Below are positions 25,124 to 36,420 of a stretch of DNA of 64,000 nt, in pieces; positions within the stretch are counted from its first letter, which is position 1; the number at the start of each line of letters is the position of its first letter. The notes under the pieces are model-generated. The model worked only from the letters and a program-made list of their open reading frames with translations, was not told the DNA's origin and made no database searches. The DNA lies in assembly GCF_006345805.1 (NCBI RefSeq), contig NC_043007.1:17422001-17486000 (forward strand). Direction: 5' to 3'. Source of the stretch: Octopus sinensis (Eukaryota). Made by a program: the position numbers and the translations under genes.

Positions 25124-25397
25124 TTTGATATTCTTGGCGAATGTCACATTGTTGTTGTGGTTATGGCTAATACAGTGCCCTGGTTTGATGTGTGTGCATG
25201 AACATTCATATAATCACATGTTTATCACACTACATAATATGGACACCTGCATGTTTCATGCTTATAAATATGTATATATGTGTGTGTACATACATATATA
25301 AACCAGGTTATTAGTCTAACTGAACCTGACACTACATGGTTGGGAGAGGAGCTTCTTAACCACACCTATACAGTACAGCATGATCTGAAGAAGAGAT

Positions 25398-25823
25398 TTA
25401 CTCTCTTTCTCTCTTTTTTTACTTGTTTCAGTCATTTGACTGCAGCCATGCTGGAGCACCGCCTTTAGTCGATCGAGCAAATTGACCCCAGGACTTATTT
25501 TTTGTAAGCCTAGTACTTATTCTATCAGTCTCTTTTGCCAAACTGGTAAGTTACGGGGACATAAACACACCAGCATCGGTTGTCAAGCGATGTTGGGGGG
25601 GACAAACACAGACACACAAACATATACACACACACATATATATATATAAATACATATATACGACGGGCTTCTTTCAGTTTCCGTCTACCAAATCCACTCA
25701 CAAGGCTTTGGTTGGCCCGAGGCTATAGCAGAAGACACTTATCCAAGGTGCCACGCAGTGGGACTGAACCTGGAACCATGTGGTTGGTAAGCAAGCTACT
25801 TAACACACAGCCACTCCTACGCC
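25398..25823 (-). mobile_element. SINE A
   Basis: Reverse complement of the SINE A consensus. Confidence 0.9.
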
Positions 25824-26496
25824 TATTTGGTTACTATTTCTAGCATATTGAGCAACCAAGTGGAGACACTCTTGTTGGCTTGTGGTTCTGAAGAAGTGTA
25901 GATGTTAGCAGTGGTGGTGGTGGTGGTGGTGGAGGTGGAGGTGGTAATGTAGTTCATATTAGTTTAGTTGTGATGGCGGCAGTGGCGGTGGTCTGTAGCG
26001 GCAACATCAAATCCTCTCATTACATGAATCAAATGGAGCAACATAAGCCAATTTGATATTCTTGGCAAATGTCACAATATTGTTGTTGTGGTTATGGCTG
26101 TTACAGTGCCCTGTTTAATGTGTGCGTGAACACTCATATAAGCACACACTTATCACACTACATAATATGGATACACGCATGTTTCAACTTTATAAATATG
26201 TATGTGTGTGTGTACACATATATAAACACATACAACATACACATAGACATACCTGATGTACACATCATCATCATCATCATCATCACACACACATATACAC
26301 TGTGTATGTGCATCAGGTTTCATGTTTGTGTGTGTATGTGTATATATATATATATATATAATATATATATATATGTATATCAGATTATTAGTATTGCAAT
26401 GCCTTAATGAAATATATATACAAATATATATATGTATGTGTACACACACACATATATGTGTGTGTATATATGTGTATGTATATATGTGTATATATA

Positions 26497-27231
26497 TCAT
26501 CATCATCATCATCATCATCGTTTAACGTCCGTTCTCCATGCTAGCATGGGTTGGACGTTCGACCGGGGTTCTGGGAAGCCAGAAGGCTGCACCAGGCTCC
26601 AGTCTTATCTGGCAATGTTTCTACAGCTGGATGCCCTTCCTAACGCCAACCACTCCGTGAGTGTAGTGGGTGCTTTTTACATGCCACACCTGCACAGGTG
26701 CCAGGCGAGGCTGGCAACGGCCACGGTCGGATTGGTGTATTTTATGTGCCACCGGCACGGAAGCCAGCGAGGCGGTGCTGGCATCGGCCACGAGTCGGAT
26801 AGTGCTTTTTACGTACCACCAGACCAAGGATCCTGGCTGGTTCAATTCGATTTCGATTTCGCTTACCCCAACATGTCTTCACAAGCAAAGGGGGTTGGCA
26901 TGGGTGCCTGTCGTACGATCGGATTGGAGTATTTTACATGCCACCGGCACGGAAGCCAGTCGAGGCGGTGCTGGCATCAGCCACGAGTCGGATAGTGCTT
27001 TTTACGTACCACCAGACCAAGGATCCTGGTTCAATTCGATTTCGATTTCGCTTACCCCAACATGTCTTCACAAGCAAAGGGGGTTGGCATGGGTGCCTGT
27101 CGTACGATCGGATTGGAGTATTTTACGTGCCACCGGCATGGAAGCCAGTCGAGGCGGTGCTGGCATCGGCCACGAGTTGGATAGTGCTTTTTACGTACCA
27201 CCAGACCAGGGATCCTGGCTGGTTCAATTCG
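26497..27231 (-). mobile_element. SINE C with an internal unit of about 190 bp repeated about 2.7 times
   Basis: Units start near 26727, 26918 and 27107 (TCGGATTGG...); (CAT)n tail at 26497-26518. Confidence 0.85.
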
Positions 27232-27305
27232 ATATATATATAATAACAAAATAATATATAAAAACATATGCATATATATATATATACATATATGTACATA
27301 CCTAC

Positions 27306-27341
<36 letters not shown>

Positions 27342-27507
27342 ATATTATATATATATCATCATCATCATTGTTTAACGTCCGCTTCCCATGCTAGCATGGG
27401 TCGGACGATTTGACTGAGGTCTGGTGAACCCGATGGTTGCACCAGACTCGATCCCAGCCCCATCAACCAAGAGCATGAAGCAAGCAAGCGTGTTTGTATG
27501 TGTGTGT

Positions 27508-27745
27508 AAAATACCTATTTCTTTATTGCCCACAAGGGGCTAAACACAGAGGGGACAAACAAGGACAGACATAGGATTAAGTCGATTACATCGACCCCAG
27601 TGCGTAACTGGTACTTAATTTATCGACCCCCGAAAGGATGAAAGGCAAAGTTGACCTCAGCGGAATTTGAACTCAGAACGTAGCGGCAGACAAAATACGG
27701 CAACACATTTTGCCCGCCGTGCTAACGTTTCTGCCAGCTCGCGCT
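27508..27745 (-). mobile_element. SINE B monomer
   Basis: Consensus match; ends with the junction bases AAATAGGTATTT. Confidence 0.88.
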
Positions 27746-28681
27746 TTCTGTGTGTGTAAAATATATATGTATACACACGCCATGCACAGACGTATATACA
27801 CACACTGGCATACACATCTGTCATCATGACTGCTACTACCATCACCATTTAAGGACAGCTGACCTGCTGGAAATAGCAGTTAAATTTATCTCACATCCCA
27901 CCTCCTACCCTCATAAAACAGGAAGGATACATCAGGCAGTGAAGTCTTACAGAGAGGCATAATAGCCAACGCTAGAGTGTCTGTTATCATGCATAGGTCT
28001 GCTCAAACAAGGCAGATCCTGAGCTAAACAATAACAACACTGTATGTATATATAACACACATACATATATATATATATTCTTCTGTGCTCACATATAGAA
28101 GTATGTTTCACTAGTTGCAACCTGTTGTCAGGCAGGGGCACTGCTTTCTAGGTTTTTTAGTCTGTCATGTTGACCTCAGAACTTATTCCAGTTTGATACT
28201 TATTGATCTCTGCTTATTGAAGAACTGTTATCAGTATCTATTAATCAACTGACTCGTATTGATTTTTGTTAATCAAATGGCTGTTAACATTTGACGTAAA
28301 GGGACACAGCTTGGTTTACTGTTTCACACCTGTTAACACAGACGTATTTCACACCTGTGTTTGCACACATACCACGCACATAGGTGTATATAAATTTCTG
28401 TGTGGGTGTAGATGCTGGTATAGTTGAGTGGTTAAGAAATTCAGTTCCGAACCATGAAATTCCAAGTTCAATCCCATTGTGTGGCTTCTTGGATACATAC
28501 GTCTTTGGAATACTCAGCCACTTTGCCTGTTAATTCAATTAGTAGGTTGACCAGTTGATAGATCAAAACAAGCATGTGGTTGCATCATCATGTATATATA
28601 CATATATGTATATAATGTACATGGTGCTCCAGCATGACCGTAGCTTTGCAGCAGAAACATTTTAAAATAGTTATATGAATA

Positions 28682-29093
28682 GGTGTAGGAGTGGCTGTGT
28701 GGTAAGTAGCTTGCTTACCAACCACGTGGTTCCGGGTTCAGTCCCACTGTGTCGCACCTTGGGCAAGTGTCTTCTACTATAGCCTCGGGCCGACCAAAGC
28801 CTTGTGAGTGGATTTGGTACACGGAAACTGAAAGAAGCCCGTCGAATATGTCTCTCTCTCTCTCTCTCTACATATATATATATATGTGTGTGTGTCTGTG
28901 CTTGTCTCCCCAATATTGCTTGACAACCGATGCTGGTGTGTTTACGCCCCCCCCCCGTAACTTAGCAATTTAGCAAAAGAGATGGATAGAATAAGTACTA
29001 GGCTTACAAAAAATAAGTCCTGGGGTCGATTTGCTTGACTAAAGGTGGTGCTCCAGCATGGCCACAGTCACATGACTGAAACAAGTAAAAGAG
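28682..29093 (+). mobile_element. SINE A
   Basis: Consensus match. Confidence 0.9.
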
Positions 29094-29299
29094 TGAATGA
29101 ATGATGGGAGAAAAGGGTTTGGGCTTGGTGTTCCTTTGTTTCATGTAACAGTATTTAGTTACACATGATGTTACACAATAAAATGCGATCCTTAGATGCA
29201 CTTCATAAGTGGTGTGTGTGTGTTTTAGCATGGCTGTGCAGTTGAGGATTTTGTTTCCCAACCATGTCATTGTGGGTTCAGGCCCACAGCATGACTATA

Positions 29300-29718
29300 C
29301 CTATTTCTTTACTGCCCACAAGTGGTTAAACATAGAGGGGACAAACAAGGACAGACAAACGGGTTAAGTCGATTACATCGACCCCAGTGCATAACTGGTA
29401 CTTAATTTATCGACCCCGAAAGGATGAAAGGCAAAGTCAACGTCGGCGGAATTTGAACTCAGAACGTAACGGCAGACGAAATACCTATTTCTTTACTGCC
29501 CACAAGTGGTTAAACACAGAGAGGACAAACAAGAAGAGACAAAGGGATTTAAGTCGATTACATCGACTCCAGTGCATAACTGGTACTTAATTTATCGACC
29601 CCGAAAGGATGACAGGCAAAGTCGGCCTCGGCAGAATTTGAACTCAGAACGTAACGGCAGACGAAATACAGCTACAGATTTCACCTGGCGTGCTAACGTT
29701 TCTGCCAGCTCGCCGCCT
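29300..29718 (-). mobile_element. SINE B dimer nested in a degraded SINE A
   Basis: 185-bp period; direct repeat TGACTATA at 29292-29299 and 29719-29726. Confidence 0.88.
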
Positions 29719-30145
29719 TGACTATAGTCCTAGGCTAATCAAAGCCTTGTAAGTAGATTTGGTAGATGGAATCTGAAGAAGATGCAATAACAAGCCATAA
29801 CAAGCTGGTCTTCTACTTAAGAAAAATTATGAATCGTCAGACGTCCGTAATTGGTGACGTCTGTTGGTATGGTACATAGAATTTTGTATTAGTTAGTATT
29901 ACTGTAGATTAATCATTTGACTGGTATTATTCCTATTGATTAGGTCAGTTGCTTATTATCAATGAATGAATGCATAGGGGAGGAGGAGATGTTGCAGATC
30001 ATCTTGAAATTAATAAAATAGGGCCGGTGTTGCTTGGTGGAGAGGGTAGGGCAGAGACAAACAAAATACTTTCATCACTCCTTAAGTCTATCCTTTTGAT
30101 CTTCATCCAAGTCTGTTTTTGATTAGCAAATCTTCCACTTTTCTT

Positions 30146-30186
30146 ATATGTATGTATGTGTGTGTATGCATATGTATATGCATACA

Positions 30187-30230
<44 letters not shown>

Positions 30231-30355
30231 CACATATAGTACAAAGTAAGATAGGGGTTATGGGTACACACACATATATATATATATACACACACACACA
30301 TATATATATATACACACACACACACATATATATAAACACATACACACACACACAC

Positions 30356-30408
<53 letters not shown>

Positions 30409-30423
30409 CACACACACACACAC
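30146..30423. repeat. (TA)n/(CA)n compound microsatellite
   Basis: Directly visible. Confidence 0.95.
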
Positions 30424-30741
30424 TTGGAGAGAGAGGGAAGTTCAATATTGATTTTTTTTTTCCAGAACCTTTGGTTCAAAGCCATTCCGGACTACCGATT
30501 TTTACAAACCAAGCTTGCTCATACTCTAAATTAAACAAATATCAAATATGTATCTGCGTAGGTACCTGTGCATTAGTATAAATGATACAAGTTTATTAAT
30601 ATTGCACTGCACGAGGTGTCTATAAACTAGTTTGGCAGCCATGAGAATCTGAAGTTCCTGCTGGTAAATTAGTGCAGATTTTAAGACCATCAGTGTTTGG
30701 AAAGTGTTATGCCTCTCTCTTTCTCTCCCTCTACACACACA

Positions 30742-31485
30742 TGAGGGGGTGCTGAAAAGTTCCTGGCTCTCAGTATAAGAAAATACAGGCAGATCAGTTA
30801 ATTATGATTTTATTCAACTGTATACAGCTATGTTACGACCACACTTGGAATTCGCATCATCAGTTTGGAACCCCTATCTTGCTCAGAACATTGACCTCCT
30901 GGAATCTGTCCAGAGACGTGCAACCAAACGCATACCCTCCATCAGACACCTACCATATTCTGAGCGCCTTGTTTCCCTGGGCATGGATTCACTGAAGGTC
31001 CGGCATCTGGCGACGGACTTGGTAAACACCCACAAAGTTATCAACCACCTCACCAACAACAACACTGAACACCTTTTTGATCTCCATGCGTCTAACACAC
31101 GTGGACATGCCTACAAAGTCAGAAAACAACACAGCTCCCATGACTTTCGGAAACATTTTTTCACGCTCAGAGTTGCTGAAGCATGGAATAAACTGCCTGC
31201 GTCAGTTGTTGACTGCCATGACACTGCATCCTTTAAGGCCCTCATGCTTTCCGAAATCCGTCGAAACTACACCTGATTATATATAGACTTTAGATGAGTT
31301 GTAGTGCACCTGAGCACTGTACACAATTATTATTATTATTATTATTATTCCCCTCTCAGATTCATATACTTATTGCAGCTGTCCTTCAGTTTTCTAAACT
31401 TTCATAAAAGAACTCAGAAGGTTCAGGCCCCCAACCAGGCCTTTTATGATACCCTTAAAGCCAGGGACTTTTTAGCACTTTCACT
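30742..31485. mobile_element. Degraded mariner-like non-autonomous element interrupted by a CR1 insertion
   Basis: GAGGGGGTGCTGAAAAGTTCCTGGCT at 30743 and its inverted counterpart AGCCAGGGACTTTTTAGCAC at 31459-31478. Confidence 0.55.
30816..31348 (+). mobile_element. 5'-truncated CR1-clade LINE (ORF2 C-terminus, 3' UTR, (ATT)n tail)
   Basis: LRPHLEFASSVWNPY...LESVQRRATK...LPYSERL...TRGHAYK...RKHFFTLRVAEAWNKLP. Confidence 0.92.
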
Positions 31486-31914
31486 GATATATATCATCAT
31501 CACACACACACACACACACACACAGAGGGTTGTCCAAAAGTCACCTGACAGTAAATCAAAACCATTTAATTCCAAGATTTATTTATGTTTAACAACTGAA
31601 TGAATTTCATAAAAATCATCTAAATATGAAACCCCATGAAAATTGTTCAAACTGAAGTCCTTCCTGAGTGACACACTTTTCCATTCGAGTCAATACAGAA
31701 TTACAGGATTTATGGAATTTTGATTTACTGTTGGTGTTAGGAAGGGCATCTAGCTGTAGAAACCATATCAAAACAGATATTGATGTACAATGGAGTCCTT
31801 GGACATATCAGATCATGTCAGACTGTTCAACCCATGTAAGCATGGAACATGGACTTACATAATGATGATGATGCATGTGGGGGTAAATAATATTCATATA
31901 TGTATGTGTGTGTG

Positions 31915-32070
31915 TATCAGAGTAGTTGGCCTTAGGAAGGGCATCCAGCTGTAGAAACTCTGCCAGATCAAGATTGGAGCCTGGTGCAGCCATCTGGTTC
32001 GCCAGCCCTCTGTCAAAATCGTCCAACCCATGCTAGCATGGAAAACGGATGTTAAACAATGATGATGATG
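31915..32070 (+). mobile_element. SINE C 3' fragment; an older fragment lies at about 31730-31875
   Basis: C tail consensus. Confidence 0.8.
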
Positions 32071-32424
32071 TGTATGCATGTGGGCGTAAATAATATTCAT
32101 ATATGTATGTGTGTATATGTGCATGTGCGTGTAAATACATATGCATGTGTGAGTATATGTGTGTGTGTGTAAATAAATAGGTACATATATGTATGTTTGT
32201 GTGTGTATGTGTGTGCATGTATATATATGTCTGTGTATAATATACATTGAAGCACAGAAGTGCATATATGCATAATGAAATGATTTCAGAGATGTACTTG
32301 CATAGCAAGTGACCTGATCTGAGATCATGTGCTGGAACGAAAACAATTGCAGCATGGAAGGTGTTTATAAGCCATTTAAGAGGCACACAAAACACAATAG
32401 ATTCACTTCAACATTTAAATTTAA

Positions 32425-32475
32425 TTTGTCAAAATATTTTTGTCACTTTGAGACTGCGACCTGTTCGCTGACAAA
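32425..32475 (-). ncRNA. Candidate minimal hammerhead ribozyme, G3-C8 variant (decayed copy)
   Basis: Minus strand: TTTGTCA GCGAACA g GTCGC-agtctcaaa-GTGAC aAAA atat T T TGACAAA. Stem I 7 bp, stem II 5 bp, palindromic AATATT stem III. Confidence 0.55.
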
Positions 32476-32656
32476 ATTCCGTGCTGCATCTGAGAAAGTA
32501 ACAGTTAGTTCATGATATATATGTACGTATGTATGTGTGTATATATATATATGCATGTATGTACGAAATGATTTCATGTTATGATATTTTATAATTCTGT
32601 GATAATTTGCATTTATTTCCTACATATTTTATAATATGCAATATATTATTGATATA

Positions 32657-33038
32657 TCTTTATATATAAAAGTGAAGTTGTGTGTCTGTCTCCTACGATT
32701 TAGATTCCTAACTACTCCCACATTTTGCGGTGCAGTTTAATCTTATAGTCGTGATTCATATCGAGCCCTTCTGGGTATTAGTGCGCGTCTACGATGAGTC
32801 TACGATTTAAAAAAAAATTTACCATCAATTTTTCCCATTTTTTAATGCATTTTTGGCATATATAAGGGAAGTAACTCTCTAAAAATGTATTATTAAATCT
32901 CAGAACGTAAAAAGCTACAGTAACACCCCCCCCTTTGTGGTTAGCCATATTGAGATGGCTATTATACTTTACATCTCTAAAAATGCTTATATAGTTATTT
33001 CCCTTACAAACCCGAGCAATGCCAGGCGATACTGCTAG
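32657..33038 (+). mobile_element. Non-autonomous Helitron, second subfamily
   Basis: A|TCTTTATATATAAAAGTGAAGTTG ... ACAAACCCGAGCAATGCCAGGCGATACTGCTAG|T. Confidence 0.78.
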
Positions 33039-33186
33039 TACGTATATATAAATAGACTTTAGAAATAATATTTCTGAAACTAATATCCACACAAATATCC
33101 GGAACACTTTATTCTGAATTTCCACTTCTAACTTGCCTACAATCATGTTGCAAACAAAAAAAAGTTTCTTTCTTCTTTTTTTATTT

Positions 33187-33217
<31 letters not shown>

Positions 33218-33427
33218 CGGTTCATACATCCTCTTTAAACAGGATATACTCCAGCTATTCTTCTAACTGGGTTAGTTTGACCTACATACTTGAAATATTT
33301 AGAAATTTCTGGCTTTATTCTCTTAGCTCAAATCCTGCTGAAATCCACTTTACCTTTTGTCCTTTTAGGGTCTATAAAATAAAGTACCAGCCAAATGCTG
33401 GCACCAATGGTATTGACTATTCATATA

Positions 33428-33667
33428 AAAGGCGGCGAGTTGGCAGAAACGTTAGCACATCGGGCGAAATGCATGGCCGTATTTCGTCTGTCGTTACGTT
33501 CCGAGTTCAAATTCCGCCGAGGTCGACTTTGCCTTTCATCCTTTCGGGGTCGATAAATTAAGTACCAGTTATGCACTGGGGTTGATCTAATCGACTTAAT
33601 CCGTTTGTCTGTCCTTGTTTGTCCCCTCTGTGTTTAGCCCCTTGTGGGTAGTAAAGAAATAGGTATT
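33428..33667 (+). mobile_element. SINE B monomer
   Basis: Consensus match. Confidence 0.9.
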
Positions 33668-33764
33668 GACTTTTTCTCTGCCCCTAAAAATTGCTAGTCT
33701 TGTTCCCTAAATAAAAAAAGAATCATCGTCAATCATCACCGTTAATCATTTTGAAATTTTAATT

Positions 33765-34095
33765 TTATTATTATTATTGAGTGAGAGAGCACTGCATGTC
33801 ATCAAAGTGACACCGGGGTAAAATATATGAAGCCCAGTATGCCCATCATGACTACCCATCTGATAAGGGTACACCAGGCACATGCATCATAACTATATCT
33901 GCATGACATGGTGATCTCATATTAAGTTTAACAGCACATGATCTTGCAGGTGGGGCCTGGTTAGAATTTTCTTCAGGTTGAGTAGCCCATCCTGCTCAAA
34001 AGGTCCCTGAATAAGGATGTTGAATGAAACACCCATGTTTCCAAAGGTGAATTATCTAAACCCCAAAGGGATTCCTCTCAGCACATGGCTATGCG
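33765..34095 (-). mobile_element. 3' end of an unclassified retroposon with (AAT)n tail
   Basis: Terminal GAGAGAGCACTGCATGTCATCAA next to (ATT)n; the same terminus recurs at about 14085 and 14235. Confidence 0.5.
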
Positions 34096-34345
34096 CCAGT
34101 ACGTTCAACTTTAGAAATGAGTTGTGATGTTCCTGGTGCCAAGCTGTATCAACCTTTGCCTTTCTCTTGGATAACACTGGTGGTGTGGAGAGGGGAGGCT
34201 GGTATGCATGGGCAACTGCTGGTCTTCTATAAACAACCTTGCCTGGACTTGTGCCTAGGAGGGGAACTTTCTAGGTGCAATCCCATGGTTGTTCATGACC
34301 AAAGGGGTCATTTTTTTAACCATATATATATATATATATATATAT

Positions 34346-34537
34346 TGGTAAAAATGGTAAGATAACGAAAGAAAGAAAGAAACCTCAATATTATGTAAAT
34401 AGAGGAATTTATCTGTAAAATAATATGTGACAATTATTTGGTAGCCAAGATGGCCAGATAACCGAAGAGATGGTGGTGTGGATTTCCACCTTGGCATCCG
34501 AAACTCAGAGTTTTATCTTGGCTACCGAATAATTGTT
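34346..34537 (+). mobile_element. Fold-back fragment with hammerhead-like motif (family H3), between TA tracts
   Basis: Inverted repeat 34430-34451 / 34515-34536; AGATAA CCGAAGA GATG...CATC c GAAA CTC a GAG T T TTATCT at 34456-34518. Confidence 0.5.
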
Positions 34538-34547
34538 TATATATATA

Positions 34548-34828
34548 ATGGGAAGGTTTACGAAAATAAACAAAAGACGAAGGCAGGTGGAGTACAAACA
34601 AACAAATGTATTAGTATAGCGCTCAGGAATAGAAACAGAAAAAGTCTTTTACGTTTCGAGCCTACGCTCTTTGACAGAAAGATACACAGAAAAAAACAAG
34701 GAGAGAAACAAGGAGAGAAAAAAATGCATGTAGGAGCTAACGATCTATCATGGCGTCCTGACTTCGGACAGTGGTCAGACGCGAGAAGGACAGTAGGGGA
34801 GATAACAAGGTCAAGTGACTTCCAAAAC

Positions 34829-34830
<2 letters not shown>
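34548..34830 (-). mobile_element. Penelope-like terminal fragment, family H2
   Basis: Reverse complement of 36208-36420 over about 200 bp; hammerhead-like motif at 34644-34682. Confidence 0.6.
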
Positions 34831-34863
<33 letters not shown>

Positions 34864-35504
34864 TTTGATTTTTGATTTTTCCAGTTTCAGCTAATGAGCT
34901 GTGGCCATGCTGGGGCACCGCCATATATATATATATATATATATACATACACACACATGTATATATTGGTGTGATTTTGTGTTGTTTTTTATATCTAACA
35001 TTTACAACTGACGTTGGTTTGCTTACACCCGCTTAACTTAGCAGAGTTTGACAAAAGGTCCCAATAGAATAAGTACTGGGCTTAAAATGAAAATGAGTAC
35101 TGAGGCTGATTTGCTTGACTAAATCCTTCAAAGAAATTCCCCAGCATGGCTGCAGTCCAATGACTAAAACCAGTAAAAGATACAAGATATATACACACTG
35201 TGGAACACTGGTACGCCGACAGTCATACGTAGAGAAGTATGTACACTTACCATCACCAGTGTTGTGTAAGGTATGCAATCACTGTGGTCAGTATTGTTAT
35301 GTACGAATGTAGCTATATAATTTGGGTCACTGTGGTCAGTATTGTTATGTAGGTCACTGGTCATTTTATAGAAGCAAGCTGCATGTGGTGGGTGGGTGTG
35401 TTACTTGAGCTGATCATTTGGTATGTAGATATTAGGCATAAAATTACTGTTTGGGTTGGAAAAAACTTACAGCGATAATGACATTGTGGAGAAGAAAAAC
35501 TCAG

Positions 35505-35670
35505 AGAGAGATTGAAATGGTGAAAGAGAGAGAGATTGAAATGGTGAGAGAAAGAGAGGGAGAGATTGAAATGGTGAGAGAAAGAGAGGGAGAGATTGAA
35601 ATGGTGAGAGAAAGAGAGGTAGAGAGATAGAGAGATTGAAATGGTGAGAGAAAGAGAGGTAGAGAGAGAG
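35505..35670. repeat. Minisatellite of about 30 bp (GAGAGATTGAAATGGTGAGAGAAAGAGAGG), about 5 copies
   Basis: Directly visible. Confidence 0.9.
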
Positions 35671-36173
35671 TTGAGGATAGGGTTATTAGGCTAAACTTCT
35701 AACAAAGATTAAGGGCTGACATGTTAACTATGCAAACTACACATCAACCATTATTATAGTTTTGTGATTCATATGGTTACAATGTTGAATAAATGTATTA
35801 ATTAGATATGAGCTTTATCTAATATTAAGCTAATATAACGAGAGAACAATGTATTGTATGTGTGTAAATATTTGTAAATGCATACAAATATGCATAGATG
35901 CATGTCTGTGTGTATGTGTAATATATATATTTAATAATTATTTGAGGGAATATTAATCCAAACTTACAGGGAAAAAAATTCTATTTAGAAATACTAAATC
36001 AAATTTCACACAATATAATATATATAAATTTGAAAAAAAACATCTTTTATCAATTCAAAATGAACAATTAAATTACACCATCTAGAAAATTACATATAAT
36101 AGAAATATTAAAATTAAAATAACAATAAAATACCAATGATTAAGTAAATTGCAAAAAAAAAAATAATAAAAAC

Positions 36174-36207
<34 letters not shown>

Positions 36208-36209
<2 letters not shown>

Positions 36210-36420
36210 CCATGTTGAATCGCTAGCTTCTGCATGCATTTTTTTCTCTCCTTGTTTCTCTCCGTGTTTCTTTTCTGTGTATCTTTCTGTTGAAGAGCGT
36301 AGGCTCGAAACGTAAAAGACTTGTTTTATTTATATTCCTGAGCGCCATACTAATACAATTGTTTGTTTGTACTCCACCTGCCTTCGTCTTTTGTTTATTT
36401 TCATAAAGCTTCCCATTATA
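36208..36420 (+). mobile_element. Penelope-like terminal fragment, family H2, with a short inverted partner at about 36442-36485
   Basis: TCTTT CTGTTGA A GAGC-gtag-GCTC GAAA CG T A AAAGA at 36282-36319; flanked by (TA)n. Confidence 0.62.

Noticed and set aside
26432-27254. ORFs of 187 and 194 aa
   Set aside because: They lie within SINE C tandem units; GC-rich repeats stay open by chance.
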